Positions 17,147-25,350 of a stretch of 64,000 bases of DNA are shown piece by piece. Source of the DNA: Planctomycetota bacterium (lineage in GTDB: Bacteria; Planctomycetota; PLA2; JAEUHO01). The stretch is taken from the NCBI GenBank assembly GCA_029259775.1, contig JAJDEN010000026.1, positions 60,059 to 124,058 of the forward strand, read 5' to 3'. Every line of letters starts with the position of its first letter. The stretch's first letter is position 1. Under the pieces are notes generated by a model that had not been told where the DNA came from, made no database searches, and was given only the letters and a program-made list of their open reading frames with translations. The translations under genes and the position numbers were made by a program.

Positions 17147-20002
17147 GTGAGCGAGGAGCAGGTCCGGATCGCTTGTCCCGCATGCGGGAAGCGCTTCAGT
17201 CTGAGCCCCGGCTCCGTCCCCGAGGGGGGGCGCGGCAAGAGCAGCCGCTGCAACGGCTGCGGCACGCCCTTCGTCGTCTTGCGCGAGGCCGGTGAGGTCC
17301 GCGCGGAAGCGGCCCCGGCCGCGAGACCTCCGCCCGCCCCCGCCGCGGAGCCCCCCGCGGCGGCGAGCGCGCCCAAGCGCGCACGCCGGAAGCCGCGCGG
17401 CGAGCGCAAGCCCGCGGCCGACCGGTCGCGCCGGCGCCCGCCCTCGGGTCAGAGCAGCGGCCTCAGCACCACCGGCCCGATCGAGGCACCGCTCCCGCCC
17501 AGCGGCGATACGGGCACACCCTTCGGCATCGGGGACCGCGTCGGGCGCTACGAGATCGAAGGCGTGCTCGCGCGCGGCGGTATGGGCAGCCTCTTCAAGG
17601 CCTACGACCCCGCCGGCAATCGCCACGTCGCGCTCAAGGTGCTCGTGAGCACGGCAACCGAGCTCGACAAGCTGCGCTTCCAGCGCGAGATCCAGGTGCA
17701 GGGCAACGTCCAACACCCGCACATCATGCCCATCTTCGACTCCGGCATGATCGGCCAGACGCGCTACTACACAATGGAACTGCTCAAGGACCCCGTCGAC
17801 CTCGTCGAGCTGACCGAGCTCGCACGTTCGGGCGAAGCGACCAAGGACCCCAAGCTGCGGCCCGTCGGCACGCTCGAGGGCCTCGTGCGCGGCGTGATGG
17901 TGCCCGTTTGCCAGGCCATCCACCACGCCAACGTGAACGAAGGCGTGCTGCACCGCGACCTCAAGCCGGGCAACGTCTTGCTCGATCGAGGCGGCCTCCG
18001 GCCCTTCGTGATCGACTTCGGCGTCGCGGGCATGCTCGACAAGAAGAACGCACGGCTTGCGCATCTCGACACGGAGCTGCCCGTCCCGCTGTCCGGCAAG
18101 GGCGTCAGCATCACCGGCACCCTGGTGTTCATGCCGCCCGAGCAGGCGCGCGGGCAGGCCGATCGCCGCGGCGATGTGTGGGCGCTGGGTTCGATCCTGC
18201 ACTACCTCGTGACGGGCGAGCCGCCGCTGCTTGGCGCCATCCGGCCTGTGGTCTCCAAGCAAGAGCGCATCGACGGTCTGAAGATGCTGATCGAGCAGTC
18301 CCACGCGGAGGGCCGCCACTGGGAAGTGCAGGAGTTCAAGGCGAAGCTCGCCGACATCGAATCGGGACGTGAGCGCACGCTCGAGCAGCTGCGGCACGAC
18401 GTGCTGAAGGGGCGCTACCAGGCCCGCCCGCCCGCCATGCCGCGCGCCCTCGACGCGATCATCAGCAAGGCGATGGCGCCCGATCCCACGAAGCGCTATC
18501 GGCATGCCATGGAGCTGCACGACGACCTGCTCGCATGGCTGGAGGGCCGTACGGTCACGGCGATGGTGCGCAGCTCGGGCGCGGCCGTGGGCACCCTCTA
18601 CCGCAGCAAGGTGTTCCTGCGCCGGCAGAAGGCGATGCTGGCGATCCTCGTAGGCCTCGCGCTGATCACCTACGCCGCGGTGACGTACTGGCCGACGGAT
18701 GCGGGGGTGGATCACGCCGCTCTGGCGCAGGCGAGCATGGACGAGGCGCTGGGCCACGAGCAGGCGGATCGCCGCGGCGCCGCGCGCACGGCCGCACGGG
18801 AGGCCTTGCGGCACGACCCCGAGCGCGGTGACGCCTTCGAGCTCATGGCGCGCTTGGATGCCGCCGAGCTCTTCTGGACGAGCGTGCGCCGCGCGCGCGC
18901 GCTCCGAGACAGAGCGAACGCGGCGTTCGACGCGGGTGACGCTTCGACCGGCATCCGCCGTCAAGCGGCCCTCGCCGAGGTGCTTCAGACCCGTATCCTG
19001 CCCACCCTCGATCCCGCGAAGGAGGAACTGCAGGCGGAGATGGCCCAGCTCATGGAGTTCGCCTCCGGCGTGCAGCCCCTGCGCGCGCCTGGCGCACCGA
19101 CGGGGTCGCACTTCACGATCTTCCCGGTCGAGGGCGCCGCGGGCGTGATCCTCTGGGGCCAGGGCATCGTGCTGCCCGCGACCGAGGCCGGCCTCTCCGA
19201 GAAGGCGCGCGTCATGCCGGGTGCTTGGATCCTGCGCGTGCGCCGTGGGCCTGGCGAGGTGTTCGTACCGTTCGCGGCCGCGCCGGGCGGCGCCGGTGTC
19301 ACCGTGACCTGTCCCTACGATCCGGCCAAGCTCGACGCGCGCTCGGTCTACGTGGGCTCCGGTCCAACGCGCGGTCCGGGACGCCCGCAGGCGTCGGGCG
19401 CGCTGCTCTGGGACCGCACCGAAGTCACGATGGCGGAGTACGCGGGCTTCCTCGCCACGCTCACGCCGGAGGAGCAGCGCCGGCGCGTGCCGCGGCGCGC
19501 GGGATCGCTGGGGGCGCTGGGCGAGCCGCTGTGGGATCGCTCGGGCACGAGCTTCCAGCCGCCCTCGGGCGCGCTGCGGCGTCCCGTCGAGGGCGTCTCG
19601 CTCTACGACGCCAAGGCCTATGCCGCCTACGCGAAGAAGCGCCTGCCGAGTGCCGCCGAGTGGGCGTGGGCCGCGAGCGGGCCCGACGGCCGCGTCTCGG
19701 CGATGGGCGGGCTACGCGACCTGCTGGCCGGCGGCGCGCATGTCGACCGCCCGCTGGCCGGCGCGACGGACATCCGCTCCGTCGAGGGCGATCGGAGTCC
19801 CTTTGGCGTCTACGACATGGCCGGAAACGTGGCGGAGTTCACGTCGACGCTGGGGACGCTCCGCGGGGAGAACGGGTGGTTCGTGATGGGCGGCTCCTAC
19901 CTCGGCCCGCCTGCGGATGCGCTCGTGCAGGACGCCCGTCTGGTCGCTGGGTGGATGCCACGGCAGGGCGTCGGCATCCGCTGTGTCCGCGAGGCGCGCT
20001 AG
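17147..20002 (+). CDS. Ser/Thr protein kinase with N-terminal zinc-ribbon and C-terminal FGE-sulfatase (SUMF1/formylglycine-generating-enzyme-like) domain
   Basis: GTG start at 17147 with GGGAGG RBS 6 nt upstream. CPACGKRF...CNGCGTPF zinc ribbon. Hanks kinase motifs: GRYEIEGVLARGGMGSLFKA, ALKVL, HRDLKPGNVLL, DFGVA, PPEQ. Single TM (AILVGLALITYAAV). FGE-domain motifs: LLWDRTEVTMAEYAGFL, LPSAAEWAWAASG, GVYDMAGNVAEFT. Confidence 0.85.
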   Translation: MSEEQVRIACPACGKRFSLSPGSVPEGGRGKSSRCNGCGTPFVVLREAGEVRAEAAPAARPPPAPAAEPPAAASAPKRARRKPRGERKPAADRSRRRPPSGQSSGLSTTGPIEAPLPPSGDTGTPFGIGDRVGRYEIEGVLARGGMGSLFKAYDPAGNRHVALKVLVSTATELDKLRFQREIQVQGNVQHPHIMPIFDSGMIGQTRYYTMELLKDPVDLVELTELARSGEATKDPKLRPVGTLEGLVRGVMVPVCQAIHHANVNEGVLHRDLKPGNVLLDRGGLRPFVIDFGVAGMLDKKNARLAHLDTELPVPLSGKGVSITGTLVFMPPEQARGQADRRGDVWALGSILHYLVTGEPPLLGAIRPVVSKQERIDGLKMLIEQSHAEGRHWEVQEFKAKLADIESGRERTLEQLRHDVLKGRYQARPPAMPRALDAIISKAMAPDPTKRYRHAMELHDDLLAWLEGRTVTAMVRSSGAAVGTLYRSKVFLRRQKAMLAILVGLALITYAAVTYWPTDAGVDHAALAQASMDEALGHEQADRRGAARTAAREALRHDPERGDAFELMARLDAAELFWTSVRRARALRDRANAAFDAGDASTGIRRQAALAEVLQTRILPTLDPAKEELQAEMAQLMEFASGVQPLRAPGAPTGSHFTIFPVEGAAGVILWGQGIVLPATEAGLSEKARVMPGAWILRVRRGPGEVFVPFAAAPGGAGVTVTCPYDPAKLDARSVYVGSGPTRGPGRPQASGALLWDRTEVTMAEYAGFLATLTPEEQRRRVPRRAGSLGALGEPLWDRSGTSFQPPSGALRRPVEGVSLYDAKAYAAYAKKRLPSAAEWAWAASGPDGRVSAMGGLRDLLAGGAHVDRPLAGATDIRSVEGDRSPFGVYDMAGNVAEFTSTLGTLRGENGWFVMGGSYLGPPADALVQDARLVAGWMPRQGVGIRCVREAR

Positions 20003-20196
20003 CGCGCCTCGCGGCGTTCGGCCGTCGTCAGCACCCGCGTAGGGGCGAGGTGGATTGGAAGGAGGGGCTCGCAGCCCCTCCTTGCCGGAGCGGCGGACGC
20101 GGCAGAGCCGCGCGCCGCGACGAACAGGCCGCGCGGGAGCGCGGAACGCCAACCAGCTGCCTGCCTGCGGGATCGCGCGTCACGTGGCGGGGCCTT

Positions 20197-20256
20197 GTGT
20201 CCGTGTCCGTGTCCGAGTCCGTGTCCGTGTCCGTGTCCGTGTCCGTGTCCGTGTGC
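20197..20256. repeat. (GTGTCC)n hexanucleotide microsatellite, ~10 units with 2 variant units
   Basis: Read directly: gtgtcc gtgtcc gtgtcc gagtcc gtgtcc x5 gtgtgc. Confidence 0.9.
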
Positions 20257-20345
20257 GTGAGAGGTAGTGAGAGGTCGTGCTCGTGTTGCTCGTGCAAGTG
20301 TGGGTGCGCTAGGGGGCGTGGGAGGTGGGCTGGGAGTGGGCGTGC
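20257..20345. repeat. GT-rich ~90-bp intergenic element, copy 1 (second copy at 28948-29043)
   Basis: gtgagaggtagtgagaggtcgtgctcgtgttgctcgtgcaagtgtgggtgcgctagggggcgtgggaggtgggctgggagtgggcgtg aligns at ~85% with 28948-29043. Both copies sit between convergent genes. Confidence 0.6.
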
Positions 20346-20381
20346 AAAAAGGCGCGAGGCCGGGATTGCTCCCGGCCTCGC
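20345..20381 (-). terminator. Rho-independent terminator for the minus-strand HEAT-protein gene
   Basis: GCGAGGCCGGG-agcaat-CCCGGCCTCGC hairpin, followed on the minus strand by a UUUUU run (plus-strand AAAAA at 20346-20350). It lies 25 bp after the stop at 20409. Confidence 0.6.
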
Positions 20382-20408
20382 AAGGGTTCCGAACAGAACG
20401 GGCGCGAC

Positions 20409-22469
20409 CTAGAGGATGCTGAGCACCTCGTTGATCATGTCGCCCGAAGCGCGGTAGTTGATGTCCCGGCCGATCATCGACAAGGACGGCGTCCAGGCGA
20501 GGTCGCCCACGATGCCCAGACCCGCGCACGCCAGCGCACGCGTCAAGTCCTGCTCACGGACGTTCTTCAGAAGCTTGATGAGTGGAGCCACAGCGCGCTC
20601 GTCACCGACCTTCGCCAACGCCACGACAACCTGGCCCTTCGCGCTCTGGCTGCGGGCACGCAGGAGCTCTTCCTGAAGCACCTTCACCGCCTCGCGGTCG
20701 CTCAGCATGCCGAGCGCCGACGCCGTCGCACGACGCAGCTTCTCCGAGCGACGCTCGCGAAGCGCCTTGCGGATCGCGACGAGGACCCTCTTCTGGTTGT
20801 TGCCGATGTGGCCCAGTCCGATGGCCGCGTAGCCGCGCAGCTCGTCATCCTCGCGCGAGTCGTTCACGATCTCGATCAGATCGCTCATGCTCGTCGAGTC
20901 CCGGGCGAGGCCCAGCGACACCGCGAACGCGGCACGGGAACGAGCCGCGTTCTTCTTGGTCCGCAAGCCGTTGCGCAGCACCTCGCGTGCGCGCGCCTGG
21001 TACTCGCCGTAGAGCCGTACCGTGGTCTCCTCTCCGATCGCGCGGCAGGCTACGCCCAGCGCGAGCGCGCCGTAGGGACGCGAGCCGAACGAACCACTCT
21101 CCGTCACCTTGATGAGCCAGTCACCGATCTTGCTGCCGCCGAGCACGTCCGTTTCCTCCGCCTTCACATCAGCGGCGATCAGGTAGGCGACGCTCATCAC
21201 GGCGAAGTTGCGCGCCGTCAGGTCGCGGATCTTCTTCGAGTCCACACCCTGCTGCAACTCCTTGGCGAGTTCCAGGCGCGTGGCCGAGGTGCAACGCGCA
21301 CCGAGCTTGCCCACGGCGATTGCCGCGGAGCGCAGTACGTTCAGGCTCGTGCGACGCGACGACAGCACGCGGCGGAGCACGTGCAGGTCCACGTCCTTGT
21401 CACCCACACGCCCGAGGGCCTGGGCGGCGTAGCTCGCCACGTAGGCGGGCACCTTCTGCTTGCAGAGGGTCCCCTTGGTGACGCACGTACGCAGGATGCT
21501 GAAGTGCTCGGGCGTGATGGTGTCGCGGTGCTGGAGGCTGACCGCGTTGAGGAGCGCCACCGGGAGGTCCGGGTGCTCGTAGTTGGCCTGCATCAGCTCG
21601 AACAGACGCGCCGTCGTCGCGACCGCGTGGCTCGCCGTGCCGGTGCCCGAGGGCTGATCACCGAGCATGCCGATCGACAGCGCCGCGAAACCGCGCTCGC
21701 GGGCGCGAAGCTTGTCGTTCGAGAACATGTCGAAGAGGACCTCGCGCACCTTGTCGAGGCTCGCGCCGTCGAACTGGTCGTCGGTGACCTCGCGGCGGAG
21801 GAGACCCAGGGCCAGCGCGGCGGACTCACGTGTGATGCCGTCCTTGCTGTTCAAGCCCTTGGTGAGCAGCTCGATGTGCACGGGGTTGTCCGTGATCTTG
21901 GCCAACGCGATGTAGGCGGCGGACTCGGTGTCCTGGTGCTTGGCGTTCGCGGGATTCATCGTCCACAGCAAGGCCGGGATGATGTGCGAGTTGACCGCGG
22001 CGCGGATCGCGTGCCGGCTGGCGTTGCGCGCGCCGGCGTTGGACTTCGAGAGGGTACCGAAGATGTGGTTCGAGCCCTGGAACTTGTAGATGCCGCGCTT
22101 GACCTGCTGCAGCACGTCCTTGTTGTACTCGTACCAGAACATCCAGCTGTCGGCTGTGATGCTGGAGTTGCGCGTCGGGCGCTTCGTGTCCCCGCCCCTG
22201 AAGGGGTCGGTCGCCGGCGCCGGGGGCTGGCCGCCGTCGGGCGTGACCGGTGTCGGGGTCTTGCCGGGCCTGCCATCGGGCGTCGTCGGTGTCGTGGGCT
22301 GACCGGTCGGCGGCGGGGGGCTCGGGGGCGTGGGGTCGAGGGGTTCCTTCAGGCCCGGCGGCAGTGCGCCTCCGGGGCCGCGGTATTGACCGCCATGCGC
22401 GAAGGCCTCGGTCGCTCCGATCGGGAGCGCGAGCGCCGCGAACAGCATCCACATCGTTGTCTTACGCAT
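20409..22469 (-). CDS. Secreted HEAT-repeat protein with Pro/Thr-rich linker (paralog of 22896-24962)
   Basis: Signal peptide MRKTTMWMLFAALALPIGATEAFA. AHGGQYRGPGG, then PTPPSPPPPTGQPTTPTTP linker. Many HEAT-like units (RxxAAxALGxxG...). C-terminal ...INEVLSIL. Confidence 0.75.
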   Translation of the reverse strand: MRKTTMWMLFAALALPIGATEAFAHGGQYRGPGGALPPGLKEPLDPTPPSPPPPTGQPTTPTTPDGRPGKTPTPVTPDGGQPPAPATDPFRGGDTKRPTRNSSITADSWMFWYEYNKDVLQQVKRGIYKFQGSNHIFGTLSKSNAGARNASRHAIRAAVNSHIIPALLWTMNPANAKHQDTESAAYIALAKITDNPVHIELLTKGLNSKDGITRESAALALGLLRREVTDDQFDGASLDKVREVLFDMFSNDKLRARERGFAALSIGMLGDQPSGTGTASHAVATTARLFELMQANYEHPDLPVALLNAVSLQHRDTITPEHFSILRTCVTKGTLCKQKVPAYVASYAAQALGRVGDKDVDLHVLRRVLSSRRTSLNVLRSAAIAVGKLGARCTSATRLELAKELQQGVDSKKIRDLTARNFAVMSVAYLIAADVKAEETDVLGGSKIGDWLIKVTESGSFGSRPYGALALGVACRAIGEETTVRLYGEYQARAREVLRNGLRTKKNAARSRAAFAVSLGLARDSTSMSDLIEIVNDSREDDELRGYAAIGLGHIGNNQKRVLVAIRKALRERRSEKLRRATASALGMLSDREAVKVLQEELLRARSQSAKGQVVVALAKVGDERAVAPLIKLLKNVREQDLTRALACAGLGIVGDLAWTPSLSMIGRDINYRASGDMINEVLSIL

Positions 22470-22786
22470 CGTTCTGTACCTCGTTCATCTCCGGCCGCGG
22501 CGAGCCGGACTGGTGCCTGCCGCGACCGAGTAGAAGCACGTCCGGGGCCCTTCGCGCCGGGCGGGGCGCGCGGGAGACGGAGCGGTCCCCCCGGCGGGTC
22601 ACCTGTCCCCGGAGCGGGACGGGGGAATCGCCCAGGTGGTGTGCGTACGGCACGGAGAGGGGCGTTGGCCGAGCACCAGGGCGCTACGTGCCCGTAGCGC
22701 ATCGGCACGCGTGGAAACGGCCCGTCCACGCTGCGGGGCGCGAGCCGGCAACGCGCGGCGCAGCAGGCAGAGCCCGGAGCCGCGCG

Positions 22787-22826
22787 GCAAAACGAACGAA
22801 GGCCGGCCTCTTGCGAGGCCGGCCTT
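22787..22826 (-). terminator. Rho-independent terminator downstream of the second HEAT paralog
   Basis: AAGGCCGGCCTC-ttgc-GAGGCCGGCCTT hairpin, followed on the minus strand by CGUUCGUUUUG. Confidence 0.55.
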
Positions 22827-22855
22827 CTGATGAAGCGTGAGGCGTGAAGCGCTCT

Positions 22856-22907
22856 GCGAGATATCTCAGCTAGATATCTCTGCTAGATGTCTCTGCTAGA
22901 TAAGCGA
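22856..22907. repeat. Tandem 13-bp repeat GCTAGATRTCTCT (~3.5 units) overlapping the stop codon of the HEAT paralog
   Basis: gagatatctca gctagatatctct gctagatgtctct gctagataagcga read directly. The TAG stop of the minus-strand gene lies within the last unit. Confidence 0.7.
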
Positions 22908-24962
22908 GAGGACCTCGTTGATCGCGTCGGTCGACGCGCGGTAGTTCACGTCCAAGCTGATGCGCGAGAGCGAGGGCAGCCACTCGAGGTCGCCGATGAC
23001 GCCGAGGCCGGCGCAGGCGAGAGCACGAGTGAGGTCCTGCTCCTTGGTGCTCTTGAGCAGAGCGACGAGGGGATCTACCGCGCGAGCATCGCCAATCTTG
23101 GCGAGCGCGAGGACGACCTGGCCCTTGACGTTCTGGCTCTTGGCACGCTTCAGCTCATCGAGAAGGAGCTTCACACCATCCTTGTCCTGCAAGAGGCCAA
23201 GGGCGGTCGCGGTCTGCTGACGCAACTCCTCCGAGCGACGCTCCTTGAGCGCTTCGCGGATGGGGTTGAGCACGTCACGCGTAGCCTGGCCGATGAGGCC
23301 AAGGGCGAGCGCGGCGTAACCACGGAACTCCGTGTCTTCCTTCTTGTTGCCGATGATCTTGACGAGCGCCTTGACCGAGGACATGTCCTTGATGATGCCC
23401 AGCGATGTCGCGAACGCGGCACGGCCGCGCTTGTCGAGCTTCTTCGAGTGAAGACCGTTGCGCAGCACCTCGAGGGACTTCGAGCGGAACTCGCCGTAGA
23501 CGGGAACCGTAGTCTCGTCTGTGATGGCGGCGCCGACCAGGCCGAGCGCGAGCGCACCGAAGGGGCGCTGGATGTACTTGCCATCCTCAGCCATATCGAG
23601 CAGGAACTCACGCACCTTCGTGCCACCGACGACGTCGGTCTTGCCCTGCTTGACGTCAGCGATGATGAGATCGCTGAGGCTGATGATCGCGAAGTTCTTC
23701 GTGCTCGGGTCCTTGAGCTTGCTCATGGAGTCGAGCAAGGTCTTGGCGACGGCGACACGGTCCTCACCACTGACGAGACGACCGAGCTGACCCAGGCCGA
23801 TGGCGCAGGAGCGACGGACGTTCTTGTCCTTGATACGGCGGTTCGTCAGCGCGCGCTGCATGACCATGAGGTCCTTGGCAGTGCCGATACGACCCAACGT
23901 GAGGGCGGCGTACCCCTGGTGCAGCGACTGGACGTCGAGGCGACCGAAGCGGCCCTTCGTGACACAGTTGCGCAGGAGGTCGCGCTGACCGTCCGTGATC
24001 GACGGGGGCGGCTGCAGGCCGATGGCCATGAGCAGCGAGATCATCAGGTCCGGGTGACCGTACTTCGCCTTGGCAAGCGTGAAGAGGCGCTCGGTCGTGG
24101 CAGCGTGGCCCGAGTAGGAGCCGGAGCCGCTGGGCTGGTCGCCCAGGAGACCGATGGCCATCGCGGCGAACGCTCGCGTACGGGCCTGGTACTTGTCGTC
24201 TGCGTCCTCGAAGATACCGAAGAGGAAGTCACGAACCTTGTCGAGCTCGCCAGCATCGAACTGCTGGCTCGGCTCGGCGCGACGCAGCATGCCGAGACCG
24301 ATCGCAGCCGACTCCTGCACGATGAGGTCGTGCTTGAGCTTCGGGTCGAGACCCTTCTGGATCAGCTCGATCTGAGCGGGGTCCTTCGCCATCTTGGCGA
24401 GCGCGATGTACGAAGCGGACTCGGTATCCTGGTGCTTCGAGTTCTTCGGGTCCATGGCCCACAGGAGGGCGGGGACGACCGTGGTCTCGACCTTCGCGCG
24501 AATGTCGTGCGTCGCGTCGGAGCGGTTCGAGCGGTTCTTGCCGCCGATCTGGAATAGCGGGTTCTCCGAGGAGACGCGCGTGTAAAGCGCCTTCTTCAGG
24601 TTCTCGATGTCCGCCTTGTTGCTGTGGTACCAGAACACCCAGTTCTCGAAGCCGAGGGAGCCGCGGGCGCCCTTCGTCTTCTCACCCATGCCGGGCGTCG
24701 TGGGCGACGGAGCCGGCGTGGTCGGCATCGGCGTCGACGGCGTCGGTGCACTCGGGGGACCGTCCGGCGTCGTCGGAGGCGGCGTCACCGGAGGGCCCGA
24801 GGGGGGCGGGGGGCTGGGGGGCGTGGGATCGGTGGGCTCGCGCTGGCCGGGCGGAACTGCGCCGCCGGGGCCGCGGTACTGACCACCATGCGCCCACAGG
24901 TCGCCGGCGAAGATCATCAGCGCCACGGAAACCGCCAGGGTCCCGAATACGATTCGCTTCAT
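22896..24962 (-). CDS. Secreted HEAT-repeat protein with Pro/Thr/Ser-rich linker (tandem paralog of 20409-22469)
   Basis: MKRIVFGTLAVSVALMIFAGDLWA signal. Same AHGGQYRGPGG box and PTPPSPPPPSGPP linker. Roughly 45-50% identical (by eye) to its neighbour across the full length. C-terminal ...INEVLSLI. Confidence 0.75.
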   Translation of the reverse strand: MKRIVFGTLAVSVALMIFAGDLWAHGGQYRGPGGAVPPGQREPTDPTPPSPPPPSGPPVTPPPTTPDGPPSAPTPSTPMPTTPAPSPTTPGMGEKTKGARGSLGFENWVFWYHSNKADIENLKKALYTRVSSENPLFQIGGKNRSNRSDATHDIRAKVETTVVPALLWAMDPKNSKHQDTESASYIALAKMAKDPAQIELIQKGLDPKLKHDLIVQESAAIGLGMLRRAEPSQQFDAGELDKVRDFLFGIFEDADDKYQARTRAFAAMAIGLLGDQPSGSGSYSGHAATTERLFTLAKAKYGHPDLMISLLMAIGLQPPPSITDGQRDLLRNCVTKGRFGRLDVQSLHQGYAALTLGRIGTAKDLMVMQRALTNRRIKDKNVRRSCAIGLGQLGRLVSGEDRVAVAKTLLDSMSKLKDPSTKNFAIISLSDLIIADVKQGKTDVVGGTKVREFLLDMAEDGKYIQRPFGALALGLVGAAITDETTVPVYGEFRSKSLEVLRNGLHSKKLDKRGRAAFATSLGIIKDMSSVKALVKIIGNKKEDTEFRGYAALALGLIGQATRDVLNPIREALKERRSEELRQQTATALGLLQDKDGVKLLLDELKRAKSQNVKGQVVLALAKIGDARAVDPLVALLKSTKEQDLTRALACAGLGVIGDLEWLPSLSRISLDVNYRASTDAINEVLSLI

Positions 24963-25233
24963 CGTTCTGACTCCTCAGTGATCGCCCCGAAACAGCCTGC
25001 CGGGTCGCGTCTGCGGTCAGACGTCGCGTCTGAGGCCAGACGCAAATGGCAGGGAGCTGCGGGGCGGAACTTGTCCGTCCGAGATTCAAGCACACCGGGT
25101 GCCTCAGGGATACGGTTCCGGCACAATCTCGGACCTGGGTCCGGCCATGCGCCGAACACCATGTCTCTCCATAGGTTACGCCGATATGGGGGCGCCGCGG
25201 GCACAGCCGGGCCCGAGCCCTGGGGGCGGGCGA

Positions 25234-25255
25234 AACGCTACCCCTGGGTAGCGTT
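25234..25255. promoter_or_regulatory. 10-bp inverted repeat AACGCTACCC-ct-GGGTAGCGTT upstream of the LOG-domain gene (candidate operator)
   Basis: Read directly, ~95 bp upstream of ATG 25351 in the divergent intergenic region. Also nearby: tandem hairpins GCGTCTG-cggt-CAGACGT / CGCGTCTG-aggc-CAGACGC at ~25002-25040. Confidence 0.3.
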
Positions 25256-25350
25256 CGGCGGGACCCGTGACAAAACGCTTCGGCGCCGCCTCGGCAGGGG
25301 CGGGCGGCCGGCGGGCCCGGTACCTTCACCAGCCCCCTCCGGAGAGCCCC

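Noticed and set aside
17126-19111. 661-aa minus-strand ORF
   Set aside because: Antisense to the Ser/Thr kinase with complete Hanks motifs.
20325-22697. 790-aa plus-strand ORF
   Set aside because: Antisense to the motif-bearing secreted HEAT protein 20409-22469. Composition Arg/Ala/Gly-rich with no motifs. Typical high-GC shadow ORF.
22887-24557. 556-aa plus-strand ORF
   Set aside because: Antisense shadow of the HEAT paralog 22896-24962. No domain signal.
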